A DNA stretch of 64,000 nt, from contig JACKKC010000017.1 of the NCBI GenBank assembly GCA_020637615.1, positions 4,905 through 68,904 on the forward strand, read 5' to 3'. Positions 1 to 11,151 of the stretch are shown in pieces (position 1 is the first letter of the stretch; each line of letters begins with the position of its first letter). Source of the stretch: Rhodovulum sp. Lineage in GTDB: Bacteria > Pseudomonadota > Alphaproteobacteria > Rhodobacterales > Rhodobacteraceae. Both the position numbers and the translations under genes were made by a program. The notes under the pieces were generated by a model, which saw only the letters and a program-made list of their open reading frames with translations, had not been told where the DNA came from and ran no database searches.

Positions 1-1029
1 GTGATCCGCAAGGGGATCGCGCTGACGCCGGTGAAGTTCGGGATCTCCTTCACCGCTACCTGGTACAATCAGGCCGGCGCGCTGGTGCATATCTACAACG
101 ACGGCTCGCTCCACCTCAATCACGGCGGGACCGAGATGGGGCAGGGGCTCAACACCAAGGTCGCGCAGGTGGTTGCCGATTGCTTCCAGGTCGACCTGGA
201 GCATGTGCGCATCACCGCCACGACCACGGCGAAGGTGCCGAATACCTCCGCCACGGCGGCCTCCTCGGGCTCGGATCTCAACGGCATGGCGGCGCAGAAC
301 GCGGCGGAGCAGATCCGCGGCCGGCTCGTCGACTTCGCCGCCGAGAAATGGGGCGTCGCGCCCGACCAGGTGGTCTTCGAGCCGAATGTCGTGCTGGTCG
401 GCAATACCCGGATGAGCTTCCCGGAGTTCATCAAGGAAGCCTATATGGCGCGGGTGCATCTCTCGGCGGCGGGCTTCTACAAGACCCCGGACATCCATTG
501 GGACCGGGCGGCGGGCAAGGGGCGGCCGTTCTACTACTTCGCCTATGGCGCGGCGGTCTCCGAGGTCAGCATCGACACGCTGACCGGGGAATACCAGGTC
601 GACCGGGTGGACATCCTGCACGACGTGGGCCGCTCGCTGAACCCGGCCATCGACAAGGGCCAGGTGGAGGGCGGCTTCATCCAGGGGGTCGGCTGGCTGA
701 CCACCGAGGAATTGTGGTGGGACGACAAGGGCAGGCTGCGCACCCATGCGCCCTCGACCTACAAGATCCCGCTCGCCTCGGACCGGGCGCGGATCTTCAA
801 CGTCGACCTCGCCGACTGGTCGGAGAACCGCGAGCCGACGATCCGGCGCTCCAAGGCGGTGGGCGAGCCGCCCTTCATGCTCGGCATCTCGGTGCTCGAG
901 GCGCTGTCGATGGCCGTCGCCAGCGTCGCGGACTACCGCCAATGCCCGCGGCTCGACGCGCCGGCGACGCCGGAGCGGGTGCTGATGGCGGTGACGCGGC
1001 TCCGGGGCGAGGCGGGCGCGGCGGCGTGA
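1..1029 (+). CDS. xdhB: Xanthine dehydrogenase molybdopterin-binding subunit (5'-truncated by window)
   Basis: Motifs HGGTEMGQGL, PNTSATAASSGSD, GQVEGGFIQG, SKAVGEPP; followed by xdhC. Confidence 0.95.
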   Translation: MIRKGIALTPVKFGISFTATWYNQAGALVHIYNDGSLHLNHGGTEMGQGLNTKVAQVVADCFQVDLEHVRITATTTAKVPNTSATAASSGSDLNGMAAQNAAEQIRGRLVDFAAEKWGVAPDQVVFEPNVVLVGNTRMSFPEFIKEAYMARVHLSAAGFYKTPDIHWDRAAGKGRPFYYFAYGAAVSEVSIDTLTGEYQVDRVDILHDVGRSLNPAIDKGQVEGGFIQGVGWLTTEELWWDDKGRLRTHAPSTYKIPLASDRARIFNVDLADWSENREPTIRRSKAVGEPPFMLGISVLEALSMAVASVADYRQCPRLDAPATPERVLMAVTRLRGEAGAAA

Positions 1030-1877
1030 TGGAACGGCCGCGCGCCCTGGCCCGGTTCCTCGACGCGTCGAAAGACGTGGTCGAGGTGCGCATCGCGCGG
1101 GCGCGCGGCTCGACGCCGCGCGAGGCCGGCGCGGTGATGCATGTGGCCGCGGGCGGGGTGCGTGGCACGATCGGCGGCGGGCAGCTCGAATACATGGTCA
1201 TCGACGAGGCCCGCAGCCTGCTGGCCCAGGGCGGGGACCGCCGGGTGATGGACATCCCGCTCGGGCCGGAGATCGGGCAATGCTGCGGCGGCCGGGTCGA
1301 GATCACGCTCACGCGCATGGACGCGGCGGCACGCTCGGCGGCGCTGGCCGAGGCCGAGGCCGAATTCGCCGCCGCGCCGCAGGTGCTGATCTTCGGCGCC
1401 GGCCATGTGGGCCGGGCGCTGGCGGAGACGCTCTCGCTCCTGCCGCTGCGCACGCGGCTCATCGACCAGCGCGGCGAGGAACTGGAACGGGCGACCGATG
1501 CGGTGGAGCGCATCCACACGGTGTTGCCCGAGGCCGAGGTCGCGCATGTGCCGCCGGGCAGCGCCTTCGTGGTGACGACGCACGAGCATTCGCTCGACTT
1601 CCTCATCACGGCGGAGGCGCTGGCGCGCGGCGATGCGGCCTATGTCGGCATGATCGGCTCGAAGACCAAGCGCGTCTCCTTCGAGCGCTGGTGCCGGGAC
1701 GAGGGCCGCGGCATCTCGGCCGGCGCGCTGGTCTGCCCGATCGGGGCGGCGGGCCGCGGCGACAAGCGGCCGGCGGTGATCGCCGCCTTCGTGGCGGCCG
1801 AGATCCTCGGGCGCCTTGCCGCGGTCGGCGAAGGGCTGCCCTCGGGCAGGGCGGCGCGGGCACCGAACGGCGAATAA
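1029..1877 (+). CDS. xdhC: Xanthine dehydrogenase accessory protein XdhC
   Basis: ATG at 1029 overlaps xdhB stop (TGATG); GSTPRE, GTIGGGQLE, GQCCGG, IFGAGHVG, YVGMIGSKTK. Confidence 0.93.
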   Translation: MERPRALARFLDASKDVVEVRIARARGSTPREAGAVMHVAAGGVRGTIGGGQLEYMVIDEARSLLAQGGDRRVMDIPLGPEIGQCCGGRVEITLTRMDAAARSAALAEAEAEFAAAPQVLIFGAGHVGRALAETLSLLPLRTRLIDQRGEELERATDAVERIHTVLPEAEVAHVPPGSAFVVTTHEHSLDFLITAEALARGDAAYVGMIGSKTKRVSFERWCRDEGRGISAGALVCPIGAAGRGDKRPAVIAAFVAAEILGRLAAVGEGLPSGRAARAPNGE

Positions 1878-1938
1878 GGCCTGAGCGCCGGAGCGCAAGG
1901 GCCGGAAGACAAAAGCAAGCAACAGTGAGGAACACCGA

Positions 1939-3240
1939 ATGCTCGAAAGTCTCTTCAAACTAGAGGAACACGGGACGAACCTGCGCACCGAAGCGATCGC
2001 GGGTCTGACCACCTTCCTGACGATGGCCTATATCATCTTCGTCAACCCGCAGATCCTCGCCACGACCGGCATGGATCAGAGCGCGGTCTTCGTGGCGACC
2101 TGTCTCGCCGCCGCCCTCGGCTCGGCGATCATGGGCTTCTATGCGAACTGGCCGATCGCCATGGCGCCGGGCATGGGGCTGAACGCCTTCTTCGCCTTCA
2201 CCGTTGTCGGGACCATGGGCTTCACCTGGCAGTCGGCGCTCGGGGCGGTCTTCATCTCCGGCTGCATCTTCCTGCTGCTCACCGTCACGGGAGTGCGGCG
2301 CTGGCTGGTCGCGGGCATCCCGCATTCGATGCGCAGCGCGGTCGCCGCGGGCATCGGGATGTTCCTCGGCATCATCGCGCTCAAGAACGCCGGTATCGTC
2401 GTGGCGAGCGAGGCGACCTATGTGGCGCTCGGCCACATGACCGATCCGGCGCCGATGCTGGCCATGATCGGCCTCTTCGTGATCGCCGCCCTCGACACGC
2501 TGAAGGTCAAGGGTGCTATCCTGATCGGCATCCTCGGCGTCACGATCGTCTCGATCTTCCTCGGCCTGAGCGAATTCGGCGGCATCGTCTCCACGCCGCC
2601 CAGCATCGCCCCGACCTTCCTGCAGCTCGACATCCTCGGCGCGATCAGTACGGGCATCCTCCAGGTCGTCCTGGTCTTCGTGCTGGTCGAGGTCTTCGAC
2701 GCCACTGGCACGCTGATCGGCGTGGCCAAGCGCGCCGGCCTGCTGACCGAAGGCTCCGGCCACACCAATCCGCAGCTCGGCAAGGCGCTCCTGTCCGACA
2801 GCTCGGCGATCGTCGCGGGCTCGTTCCTTGGCACCTCGAGCACCACGGCCTATGTCGAGAGCGCCTCGGGCGTGCTGGCGGGCGGGCGCACCGGGCTGAC
2901 CGCCGTTGTGGTCGCGGTCCTCTTCCTCGCGGCCCTCTTCTTCGCGCCGCTGGCGGGCACGGTGCCGGCCTTCGCCACCGCGCCGGCGCTGCTCTACGTC
3001 GCCTGTCTGATGATGCGCGAGCTGACCGACATCGACTGGGACGACATCACCGAGGCGGTGCCTTCGGCCCTGACCGCGCTGATGATGCCGCTGACCTATT
3101 CGATCGCCAACGGCCTCGCCTTCGGCTTCATCAGCTATGCCCTGATCAAGCTGCTGACCGGTCGGGTGCGCGAAGTGCATGCGGCGACCTGGCTCGTCGC
3201 CGGCCTCTTCCTGATCCGCTTCGCCTTCCTGACGGAGTGA
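1939..3240 (+). CDS. NCS2/AzgA-family purine (guanine/hypoxanthine) permease
   Basis: AGLTTFLTMAYIIFVNP, APGMGLNAFF, YVESASGV motifs; downstream of xdh genes. Confidence 0.92.
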   Translation: MLESLFKLEEHGTNLRTEAIAGLTTFLTMAYIIFVNPQILATTGMDQSAVFVATCLAAALGSAIMGFYANWPIAMAPGMGLNAFFAFTVVGTMGFTWQSALGAVFISGCIFLLLTVTGVRRWLVAGIPHSMRSAVAAGIGMFLGIIALKNAGIVVASEATYVALGHMTDPAPMLAMIGLFVIAALDTLKVKGAILIGILGVTIVSIFLGLSEFGGIVSTPPSIAPTFLQLDILGAISTGILQVVLVFVLVEVFDATGTLIGVAKRAGLLTEGSGHTNPQLGKALLSDSSAIVAGSFLGTSSTTAYVESASGVLAGGRTGLTAVVVAVLFLAALFFAPLAGTVPAFATAPALLYVACLMMRELTDIDWDDITEAVPSALTALMMPLTYSIANGLAFGFISYALIKLLTGRVREVHAATWLVAGLFLIRFAFLTE

Positions 3241-3281
3241 GCCGGACGCCGTCCGGACGGCGCGCAGCACAGCCAAAGCCC

Positions 3282-3309
3282 CCGCCCGTGCACCAGCACG
3301 GGCGGTTTT
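3282..3309 (+). terminator. Rho-independent terminator after the purine permease
   Basis: CCGCCCGTGC-acca-GCACGGGCGG 10-bp stem followed by TTTT. Confidence 0.7.
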
Positions 3310-3541
3310 GCCTTGCCGGTCATCGGGGATCGGGATGCACCGGCCTCGAACGGTCCGCCGGGCCACGCGGATCCGAAGCGCCCGCCCGAACTGAGTTCTA
3401 AAAAGCCGTGCAATAACAACAGCATAAACAATGTCCCGCTGCGGGACACCACGACAGGCCGGCGCGAGACAGCGCGAGGCCGGTCGCTGGACCGAGGCGG
3501 GTTCGATGCCGGCGGGCCGAGGCGATCGGGCGGAGTTCGAA

Positions 3542-4399
3542 TCAGCCGGTCGACTCCGGGTCGCGCTCGCGGCGCTTCATCGCGTCCCAGAGCGCATCCA
3601 TCTCGGCGAGGGTCACATGCTCGGGGCGCGTGCCGCGTTCGGCGAGCGCGGCTTCGATGCCGTGGAAGCGCCGGGTGAATTTCGCATTGGCCTGGCGCAG
3701 CGCGCCTTCGGGATCGATGCCGAGATGGCGCGCGAGATTGGCCATCACGAACATCAGGTCGCCATATTCCTCCGCGAGCCGGTCCCGGTCGCCGGCATCC
3801 CGCGCCTCGACGAGCTCGCGGGATTCCTCGGCGATCTTGTCGATGACCGCGCCCGCGTCGGGCCAGTCGAATCCGACGCGCGCGGCGCGGTTCTGCAGCT
3901 TTACCGCGCGGGTCAGCGCCGGCAGGCCGGCGGTCACGCCGTCGAGCGCGCTGGGCGTGGCAGTACGTCCTGCGCGCTCGGCGGCCTTGATGCGCTCCCA
4001 GTCGCGGGTCTGCTGCTCGGCCGACTTGTCCCGGCTCTCGTCGCCGAAGACATGCGGGTGGCGACGCAGCATCTTGTCGGAGATGCCGCGTACCACCTCG
4101 GCGAAGCCGAAGCGCCCTTCCTCCTCGGCCATGGCGGCGTGATAGACCACCTGGAACAGCAGGTCGCCCAACTCGTCGCGGAGGTCCTCGTGGTCGCGGC
4201 GCGCGATGGCGTCGGCGACCTCATAGGCCTCCTCGATGGTATAGGGGGCGATGGAATCGAAATCCTGCTCGATGTCCCAGGGGCAGCCGCGCTCGGGGTC
4301 GCGCAGCCGCGCCATGATCGCGACGAGCCGCCCTATGCCGCCCTCGGGATCGCGAATCAGCACTTCGTCTTCGGTGGGCGCGGGACTGGACGGGCTCAT
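3542..4399 (-). CDS. mazG: Nucleoside triphosphate pyrophosphohydrolase MazG
   Basis: LRDPERGCPWD, EEAYEV, ELGDLL, RRHPHVF; tandem MazG domains. Confidence 0.95.
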   Translation of the reverse strand: MSPSSPAPTEDEVLIRDPEGGIGRLVAIMARLRDPERGCPWDIEQDFDSIAPYTIEEAYEVADAIARRDHEDLRDELGDLLFQVVYHAAMAEEEGRFGFAEVVRGISDKMLRRHPHVFGDESRDKSAEQQTRDWERIKAAERAGRTATPSALDGVTAGLPALTRAVKLQNRAARVGFDWPDAGAVIDKIAEESRELVEARDAGDRDRLAEEYGDLMFVMANLARHLGIDPEGALRQANAKFTRRFHGIEAALAERGTRPEHVTLAEMDALWDAMKRRERDPESTG

Positions 4400-4469
4400 T
4401 ATGCGAGACTAGCTGGCAGGGCTGCGGGGCGGCAAGACCCATCGGCGGGCCGGGCGCGGGAGGCGTGGC

Positions 4470-5633
4470 ATGGCGGTGATCAACCGGATGGCGGATTTCG
4501 CCGGCGACATGGCCGCCTGGCGCCGCGACCTGCACGGGATCCCGGAGCTCGATTTCGATCTCTTCGAGACCGCCGCCTATGTCGCGGCGCGGCTGCGCGA
4601 GATCGGCGTGGACGAGATCCACGAAGGCATCGCGCGCACCGGGATCGTGGGGATCATCCGGGGCCGGGGCGCGGGGCGGGTGATCGGGCTCCGGGCAGAC
4701 ATGGACGCACTGCCGATCGCGGAGGTGCGCGACCTGCCGTACCGCTCGCGGCATGCCGGCCGGATGCATGCCTGCGGCCACGACGGCCACATGGCAATCC
4801 TGCTCGGGGCGGCGCGCTACCTCGCCGAGACGCGCAATTTCGCCGGCAGCGTGGCGCTGATCTTCCAGCCCTCGGAGGAGATGTCGGGCGGAGCGCGGGT
4901 GATGTGCGCCGAGGGGTTGATGGCGCGATTCGGGATCGAAAGCGTCTTTGCGCTGCATAACAAGCCGGGCATGGCGCTCGGCCGGATCGGAACGCGGGTC
5001 GGGCCGGTGATGGCGGCGGCTGACCAGTTCGAGATCCTGGTGCGGGGCCGCGGCGCCCATGCGGGCTATCCCCACCAGGGCATCGATCCGATGGAGGTGG
5101 CGGTCGGCATCGTGCAGGCGCTCTATTCCATCCCCGCGCGGCGGGTCGATCCGCTGGTGCCGGTGGTGGTCTCGCCCACCGTGCTCCAGGCCGGCACGAT
5201 CAGCAACGTGATCGCCCAGACCGCGCTGCTGGCCGGCACGGTGCGCAGCCTCGACGAGACCCTGCGCCGCCGGGTGGGCGCGGAGATCGCGGAGGTCGTC
5301 GAGGCGGTCGCGGCGGCGGCGGGGGCGCAGGCGGATCTGCGCTACGAATACGACTATCCGGTGACGGTGAACCACGCGGCCGAGACCGCGCTCGCCCTGC
5401 GCGCGGCGGCGGCGGTGGTCGGGGCGGACAATGTCGACGGAGCCATGGCGCCCGAGATGGTCGCCGAAGATTTCGCCTTCATGCTTCAGGAACGCCCCGG
5501 CGCCTATGTCCTTCTCGGAACGGGTCCGGGCGCGGGCTTGCATCATCCCGAATTCGACTACAATGACGAGGCGAGCCCGATCGGCGCGTCCTATTTCGCG
5601 CGCCTGGTGGAGACGGCGATGCCGCTCGCCTGA
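4470..5633 (+). CDS. M20 family amidohydrolase (hippurate hydrolase-like)
   Basis: LRADMDALP, MHACGHDGH, FQPSEE, GAHAGYPH, AEDFA, LHHPEFD. Confidence 0.92.
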   Translation: MAVINRMADFAGDMAAWRRDLHGIPELDFDLFETAAYVAARLREIGVDEIHEGIARTGIVGIIRGRGAGRVIGLRADMDALPIAEVRDLPYRSRHAGRMHACGHDGHMAILLGAARYLAETRNFAGSVALIFQPSEEMSGGARVMCAEGLMARFGIESVFALHNKPGMALGRIGTRVGPVMAAADQFEILVRGRGAHAGYPHQGIDPMEVAVGIVQALYSIPARRVDPLVPVVVSPTVLQAGTISNVIAQTALLAGTVRSLDETLRRRVGAEIAEVVEAVAAAAGAQADLRYEYDYPVTVNHAAETALALRAAAAVVGADNVDGAMAPEMVAEDFAFMLQERPGAYVLLGTGPGAGLHHPEFDYNDEASPIGASYFARLVETAMPLA

Positions 5634-5662
5634 CCGCCGCGCGTCCGGGCGGGCGCCGCCGG

Positions 5663-6421
5663 TCAGATCGATCCGGCCTCGACCATGTAGTTGTTGGCGG
5701 TGCACATGGCCGCGTCGTCGGAGGCGAGGAAGACCACCATGCGCGCCACATGGGCCGGCTCGATCAGATCCGGAAGGCATTGCCGCTGGCGTTGCCGCTG
5801 CAGCGCCTCGGGGGTGACCCAGAGCGCCTTCTGCCGTTCGGTCATGATCCAGCCGGGAACCACCGTGTTGACGCGGATCCGGTGTGGCCCGAGGTCTCGG
5901 GCCATGGTCCGGGTCAGCCCGTGCACCGCCGCCTTGGCGGTGGCGTAGATCGGGAAGCCTCCGCCCGCCTCCCACCAGGAATTGGACCCCATGTTGACGA
6001 TGGCGCCGCCACCCGCCGCGATCATGTCGGGCGCCACCGCCTGAATGGCGAAGAAGAAGTGCCGCAGGTTGACGGCGATCCGGTCGTCGAAATACTCCGG
6101 CGTCACCTCGCGCCAGTCGTGCCGGTCGTCGCGGGCGGCGTTGTTGACCAGGACCGCCGCCGGGCCGAGCCTTTCGCGCAGGGCGGCGAGCGCGCGCCGC
6201 AGCGCCCCGATGTCGCGCAGGTCGCAGAGCTCGTAGGTGGCATTGCCGCCGATCTCCGCCGCCAGCGTCGCGGATGCTCCCCCGTCCATGTCGAGGAAGC
6301 CGACACGGGCATCCTGTTCGGCGAAGCCGCGCACGATCTCGGCGCCGATGCCCGAGGCGCCGCCGGTCACCACGACGGTCCTTCCGGCGAGGCTGGGATA
6401 GATGGCGAAACGTCGGGTCAT
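5663..6421 (-). CDS. SDR-family sugar dehydrogenase (xylose/galactose dehydrogenase-like)
   Basis: Start MTRRFAIYPSL; TGGASGIG, VNNAARDDRH, YATAK, PGWIMTERQ. Confidence 0.85.
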   Translation of the reverse strand: MTRRFAIYPSLAGRTVVVTGGASGIGAEIVRGFAEQDARVGFLDMDGGASATLAAEIGGNATYELCDLRDIGALRRALAALRERLGPAAVLVNNAARDDRHDWREVTPEYFDDRIAVNLRHFFFAIQAVAPDMIAAGGGAIVNMGSNSWWEAGGGFPIYATAKAAVHGLTRTMARDLGPHRIRVNTVVPGWIMTERQKALWVTPEALQRQRQRQCLPDLIEPAHVARMVVFLASDDAAMCTANNYMVEAGSI

Positions 6422-6458
6422 CTGGTTCTCGCTTTCCGGTGCCTGGGGTTGGGTCGGC

Positions 6459-6770
6459 CTAGCCAGCGATCTCGGCCGCGAGGCGCGACCATTCCGCGCC
6501 GGGGTCGGCACCTTGGCGCCGGTCGCCCGCGCGCCGGTACCAATAGTCGGAATTGCCGAGGTCGCCCTCGATCCAGTGGGCCAGACCATGGACCAGGTCA
6601 TGGTCGCGTCGGCCCTCGCCCTCCTGGCAGATGGCGTGGGCGCGGGACCATTCCGGCCCGGTGCGGAGCCCGCCCTTCGCGAGCCACCAGAGCGCCTGCG
6701 CCGCCGGGGCAAGGTCGTCGGGTGGCGCGGCCGCGTCGAGGCCCGCGGTGATCCGGTCGGCATTCGACAT
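6459..6770 (-). CDS. Conserved hypothetical protein
   Basis: W..AH.ICQ..EG...HD.VH...H.IEGD..N..YWYRRAG motif typical of a small conserved family. Confidence 0.75.
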   Translation of the reverse strand: MSNADRITAGLDAAAPPDDLAPAAQALWWLAKGGLRTGPEWSRAHAICQEGEGRRDHDLVHGLAHWIEGDLGNSDYWYRRAGDRRQGADPGAEWSRLAAEIAG

Positions 6771-6870
6771 GGTGCGGCGCCTCCCCTTGCCGGTCATTTC
6801 CCCTGCAAGGGGGCCGGATTCGCGCCGGGGCGTCAACAGCAAAGCCGCGTCCTGCCCGCGGCCGGCAGAG

Positions 6871-7935
6871 TCAGCCGCCCCGTAACGGGAGGGCCTCCGG
6901 GCCCACGAGCGGGCGACGGGCGCGCTTGCGCAGGAGTTCCAGATGGCCCAGCGGTGTCCAGCCGACGATCGTCGTGTCGATATCCTCGTCGCGCAGCGCC
7001 GCGGTCAAGGCGGCCTCGATGCGCCGGCGCTCGCCCTTCGGGAGCGGCGCGAGGTCGAGGACGATCTGGCCGCCGAGCCCGCGCAGCCGCAGCTGGCGGG
7101 GCAGGTCGCGGATCGCCGCGAGATTGGCCTTGAGCGCGGCCGCCGGGGAGGTGTCGGCGCCGGTATTCACGTCGACCGCGACGAGCGCGCGCGTCGCCTC
7201 GATGGTGAAATGGCCGTCACCCGCCGGGATGCGCGCATCCGCCATCGCCGCGACCGCCTCCCAGATTCCGGCATCGGCCAGCGCGGTGGCGGCCTCGCGC
7301 AGGGCGGCATCGGGCGTCCACCAGTCGCGCCGGGCGGTTTCGGCGGCGCCGGGCGCGGGGCGCAGGCATGCCGGCGCGGCATCGGCCGCGGCGGCCGCGA
7401 TGGGCTGCCACTCGGCCCGGAGCGCTTCGATCTCGCGGGCGATCGCTGGGGCGGGGGCCGTTGCAGCGGCGCTGCGCAGGATCAGGCCGAGATCGTCCGG
7501 AGCGCCCTCCATCGCCGAGTCGGCGAGGGCCTCCAGGCTCTGCCGCAGGTCGGGCGCGCGGATCGAGCGGGCGATGTTGCGGCCGGGCGCGCCCGGCGTC
7601 AGGATCGCGAACCGGCCCTTGAGCCGGATCCTCTCGCCGACCGGTGGAGCCTTGCCGGGTTCGGCCCAGCCGCCGACCTGCACCAGCACCGGCCTTCCCG
7701 GCGGGGGAAGGCGCCGGTTGCGCAGGAATCCCGAATGGCCGGCGCCGAGGTCGACCATCGCGCCGCCGAGCCCCTTCATCGGGCGGGAGGCCACGGCGCG
7801 GAAGATCGCCTCCGGTTGCGGGGCGCTGCCGGCGGGCGGATCGATCAGGAGGTCGTGCAGCTGGCCGTCGACCAGGAGCGCCGTGGCGTCTCCGCCGCCG
7901 GGCAGGGGCTCGATGAGGATCTGCCTGCCTTTCAC
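6871..7935 (-). CDS. Ribonuclease E/G family protein (short form)
   Basis: [44 protein letters not shown]; follows maf. Confidence 0.88.
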   Translation of the reverse strand: MKGRQILIEPLPGGGDATALLVDGQLHDLLIDPPAGSAPQPEAIFRAVASRPMKGLGGAMVDLGAGHSGFLRNRRLPPPGRPVLVQVGGWAEPGKAPPVGERIRLKGRFAILTPGAPGRNIARSIRAPDLRQSLEALADSAMEGAPDDLGLILRSAAATAPAPAIAREIEALRAEWQPIAAAAADAAPACLRPAPGAAETARRDWWTPDAALREAATALADAGIWEAVAAMADARIPAGDGHFTIEATRALVAVDVNTGADTSPAAALKANLAAIRDLPRQLRLRGLGGQIVLDLAPLPKGERRRIEAALTAALRDEDIDTTIVGWTPLGHLELLRKRARRPLVGPEALPLRGG

Positions 7936-8522
7936 GGCCGGGCCGCGGGGCGGATGCCGGCGGCGGCGAGCAGGCCGACTGTCTCGGCGAGCGGCAGGCC
8001 GACGACATTGGAATAGGAGCCGTTGATCCAGGGAATGAGCGCGCCGGCGCGCCCCTGGATCCCGTAGCCGCCGGCCTTGTCCTGCCAGTCGTCGCTGGCG
8101 ACATGGGCGGCGATCTCGCCCTCCGACAGGCGCTTGAAGCGCACGGCGGTCTCCACGGTCCGGCTGCGCAGGCGTTCGGGGCCGCGCAGGGCGATGGCGG
8201 TGACGACCCGGTGCCGGCGCCCGGAGAGCAGCCGCAGGAAGCTCTCCGCCTCGGCCGCGTCCCGAGGCTTGCCGAGCATGCGGCGGCCGAGGGCGACGAT
8301 CGTGTCGGCCGCCAGTACCGCGTCGGCGGCGGCCGCTTCGACGGCGGACGCCTTGGCGATCGCCAGGCGCAGGGCGCAGGCGCGGGGCAATTCGCCCGGG
8401 CGAGGCGTCTCGTCGATTTGGGCGGGGGCGAGGGCGTCGGGGAAGTAGCCTGCCTGGGCCAGAAGTTCGGCCCGGCGCGGCGAAGCCGAGGCGAGGATCA
8501 GCCGCGGCACGTGCCCGGCCAA
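7932..8522 (-). CDS. maf: Maf family nucleotide pyrophosphatase
   Basis: [33 protein letters not shown]. Confidence 0.93.
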   Translation of the reverse strand: MAGHVPRLILASASPRRAELLAQAGYFPDALAPAQIDETPRPGELPRACALRLAIAKASAVEAAAADAVLAADTIVALGRRMLGKPRDAAEAESFLRLLSGRRHRVVTAIALRGPERLRSRTVETAVRFKRLSEGEIAAHVASDDWQDKAGGYGIQGRAGALIPWINGSYSNVVGLPLAETVGLLAAAGIRPAARP

Positions 8523-8523
8523 G

Positions 8524-8742
8524 TCACTTGAAGCGATAGTTGATCCGTCCCTTGGTCAGGTCATAGGGCGTCATCTCGACCTGAACCTTGTCGCCGGCCA
8601 GCACGCGGATGCGGTTCTTGCGCATCTTGCCGGCGGTATGCGCGATGATGACGTGGCCGTTCTCGAGCTCCACCCGGAAGGTCGCGTTGGGCAGAAGCTC
8701 GGTCACGACCCCGGGAAATTCGAGAAGTTCTTCCTTGGCCAT
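8524..8742 (-). CDS. infA: Translation initiation factor IF-1
   Basis: [24 protein letters not shown]...GRINYRFK, 72 aa. Confidence 0.97.
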   Translation of the reverse strand: MAKEELLEFPGVVTELLPNATFRVELENGHVIIAHTAGKMRKNRIRVLAGDKVQVEMTPYDLTKGRINYRFK

Positions 8743-8868
8743 CTGGTCTCCGATACGGGTCCTGTGCATGCGCAGCGGCAGAAGCTTTTTTGCGCGCGCG
8801 GAAAATGACGCCAATGCCGCGTCAGTTCAAGGGAAATCGCGGTGATGAGCGTAAAGCGATCATGCTGC

Positions 8869-9345
8869 TCAATTTCTGTAATGTAGCACGCAGATCAGGG
8901 TGAAGAGGCGGCGGGCGGTGGCGAGGTCGGTTTCGACCCTGCCCTCGAGCCTTTCGAGCAGGAGCCGGCTGCCCTGGTCGTGGATGCTGCGCCGTCCGGT
9001 ATCTACCGCCTCGATGGCGGCGGGCGGCAGACGGCGCACGGCGTCGAAATAGCTTTCGCAGATCTGGAAGTAATCCTTCACGATCTGGTTGAACGGCGCC
9101 AGGGAAAGCTCCAGGCCACCGGCGGCTTCGCCGCCCTCCGTGGCGAGCCGCATTCCGAGGCGGCCGTCGTTCACCGCGAGCGTCAGCTGGTAGGGGCCGG
9201 GCGCCGTCGCGCCGGCAAGGCGGAAGCGGTTGCTCTCCAGGAGGTCGAAGATCGCGACCTGGCGCTCCTGCTCGATCTCCGGGGTCGGCGGCGGGAGCCC
9301 CGCCTCGTCGAGCGTCACCGCGCTGAGCCGGTCGGCGTCAGGCAT
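8869..9345 (-). CDS. UPF0262 family protein
   Basis: EQERQVAIFDLLESN, KDYFQICESY, TARRLFTLICVLH; usual neighbour of hisD. Confidence 0.88.
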   Translation of the reverse strand: MPDADRLSAVTLDEAGLPPPTPEIEQERQVAIFDLLESNRFRLAGATAPGPYQLTLAVNDGRLGMRLATEGGEAAGGLELSLAPFNQIVKDYFQICESYFDAVRRLPPAAIEAVDTGRRSIHDQGSRLLLERLEGRVETDLATARRLFTLICVLHYRN

Positions 9346-10654
9346 CCCGCCCGGCCTCGTTGAGCCGCGCGAGCCGGGCCTCGACGGAGAGCGCATGCGC
9401 CTCCAGGCCCTCGGCCCGCGCCAGCCGCACCGCGGCGGGGCCGACATGGGCGAGGGCCGCGGGGGTCATGCGGGCCAAGGTGGTGCGCTTCATGAAATCG
9501 AGCACCGAGAGGCCGGAGGAGAACCGCGCGGACCGCGACGTCGGCAGGACATGGTTCGGGCCGCCCACGTAGTCGCCGATCGCCTCGGCGGTGAGCGGAC
9601 CGATGAAGATGGCGCCGGCGTGGCTTACGCGGGCCGCGAGTTCCTCCGCCTCGGCGGTGAAGATCTCGAGATGCTCGGGCGCGATGCGGTCGGAGATCGC
9701 CACGGCCGTCTCCCAGTCCTCCACCACGATCACCGCGCCGAAGTCGCGCCAGCTCGCGCCCGCGATCTCCCGGCGTTCCAGCGTCGCCAGCCGGGCGTCC
9801 ACCGCTGCCGCCACGGCGCGGCCGAAGTCGGCGTCGTTGGTGACGAGGATGGATTGCGCCGCGGGGTCGTGCTCGGCCTGGGCCATCAGATCGAGCGCCA
9901 CCCAGTCGGGATCGTTGCGCCCGTCCGCCATCACCAGGACCTCGGACGGGCCCGCGATCATGTCGATGCCGACCAGCCCGAAGACGCGGCGCTTGGCCGC
10001 CGCGACCCAGGCATTGCCGGGGCCGGTGATCTTGTCCACGGGGCGGATTGTCTCTGTCCCATAGGCCAGCGCGCCAATCGCCTGGGCGCCGCCGATGCGG
10101 TAGATCGTCTCGACCCCGGCGAGCCGGGCGGCAAGCAGTACCAGCGGATTGATCGCGCCGTCCGGGGTCGGCGCGCAGATCACCAGACGGCCGACACCGG
10201 CGACCCGCGCCGGGATCGCGTTCATCAGCACCGAGGAGGGATAGGAGGCACGGCCCCCGGGCACGTAGAGCCCGGCCGCCGCGACCGGGGTCCAGCGCCA
10301 GCCGAGCTGTGCCCCGGAAGCGTCCGACCATTGCGCATCGGCCGGCAACTGGCGCTCGTGATAGGCGCGGATGCGGTCGGCCGCGAGTTCGAGCGCGGCG
10401 CGGTCCTGCGGGTCGACCCCGGCGATGGCCGCATCGATCTCCTCCGCCGAGAAGGCGAGGGTCTCGGGCGTCAGCGACAGGCGGTCCCAGCGCTCGGTCA
10501 GCGCGATCAGCGCCGCATCGCCGCGGGTCTCCACGTCGGCCAGGATCGCCGCGGCATCGGCGTCCACCGCGGCCTCGGTCTCGCGCTTCTGCGCGAGAAG
10601 CGCGGCGAATCGCGCGTCGAAATCCGGGCTGCGGCTGTCGAGGAAATGCGGCAT
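9338..10654 (-). CDS. hisD: Histidinol dehydrogenase
   Basis: [40 protein letters not shown]. Confidence 0.96.
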   Translation of the reverse strand: MPHFLDSRSPDFDARFAALLAQKRETEAAVDADAAAILADVETRGDAALIALTERWDRLSLTPETLAFSAEEIDAAIAGVDPQDRAALELAADRIRAYHERQLPADAQWSDASGAQLGWRWTPVAAAGLYVPGGRASYPSSVLMNAIPARVAGVGRLVICAPTPDGAINPLVLLAARLAGVETIYRIGGAQAIGALAYGTETIRPVDKITGPGNAWVAAAKRRVFGLVGIDMIAGPSEVLVMADGRNDPDWVALDLMAQAEHDPAAQSILVTNDADFGRAVAAAVDARLATLERREIAGASWRDFGAVIVVEDWETAVAISDRIAPEHLEIFTAEAEELAARVSHAGAIFIGPLTAEAIGDYVGGPNHVLPTSRSARFSSGLSVLDFMKRTTLARMTPAALAHVGPAAVRLARAEGLEAHALSVEARLARLNEAGRDA

Positions 10655-10668
10655 CGCGGCGGCCGGGA

Positions 10669-11151
10669 TCAGTCGGGGGAATGCCGGGGCGCCGCGCCGG
10701 CCTGGGCGAGATGCGGGCGGGTCACGTCGGTCAGGGTCACCTCGAGGCATTCGACGTCGAGTGCGATCTCGCCGTCGCCGGCGAGCACCGCGCGGAGCCG
10801 GCCGCCGCCCTCGGGTCCGGGCTCGAAGCCCAGCGACAGCAGCGAGATCACCAGGTCGCGGTCCTGCGGGTCGACGCCCATGGCCCGCACGCGGGTCGCG
10901 CTCTCGATGGTGAGCAGGCAGCGCACCCGCTCGAAGGGGCGGTTCTGGCGGCGGGCGCGGGCGCTGTCCTCCCAGCGGAAGCGGTTGAGCAGCAGGGTGA
11001 ACCGCCTGTGCCGCGGCATCCAGGCGATGTCCGAGGTCTGTCCCACGGCATCCTGCACCAGCGCCGAGATCACCGCGAGATCCTCCGCCGTCTCGGCGCG
11101 CAGACGCAGCGGCCGTTCGGCGCCGTCCTCGAAGCGCGCGTCCTCGGTCAT
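10669..11151 (-). CDS. DUF2948 family protein
   Basis: [35 protein letters not shown]; lies between murA and hisD. Confidence 0.88.
   Translation of the reverse strand: MTEDARFEDGAERPLRLRAETAEDLAVISALVQDAVGQTSDIAWMPRHRRFTLLLNRFRWEDSARARRQNRPFERVRCLLTIESATRVRAMGVDPQDRDLVISLLSLGFEPGPEGGGRLRAVLAGDGEIALDVECLEVTLTDVTRPHLAQAGAAPRHSPD

Noticed and set aside
5663-6421. Similarity between the SDR here and the SDR at 40946..41716 as a recent duplication
   Set aside because: The shared motifs are family-level and the proteins are clearly diverged; ordinary paralogues.
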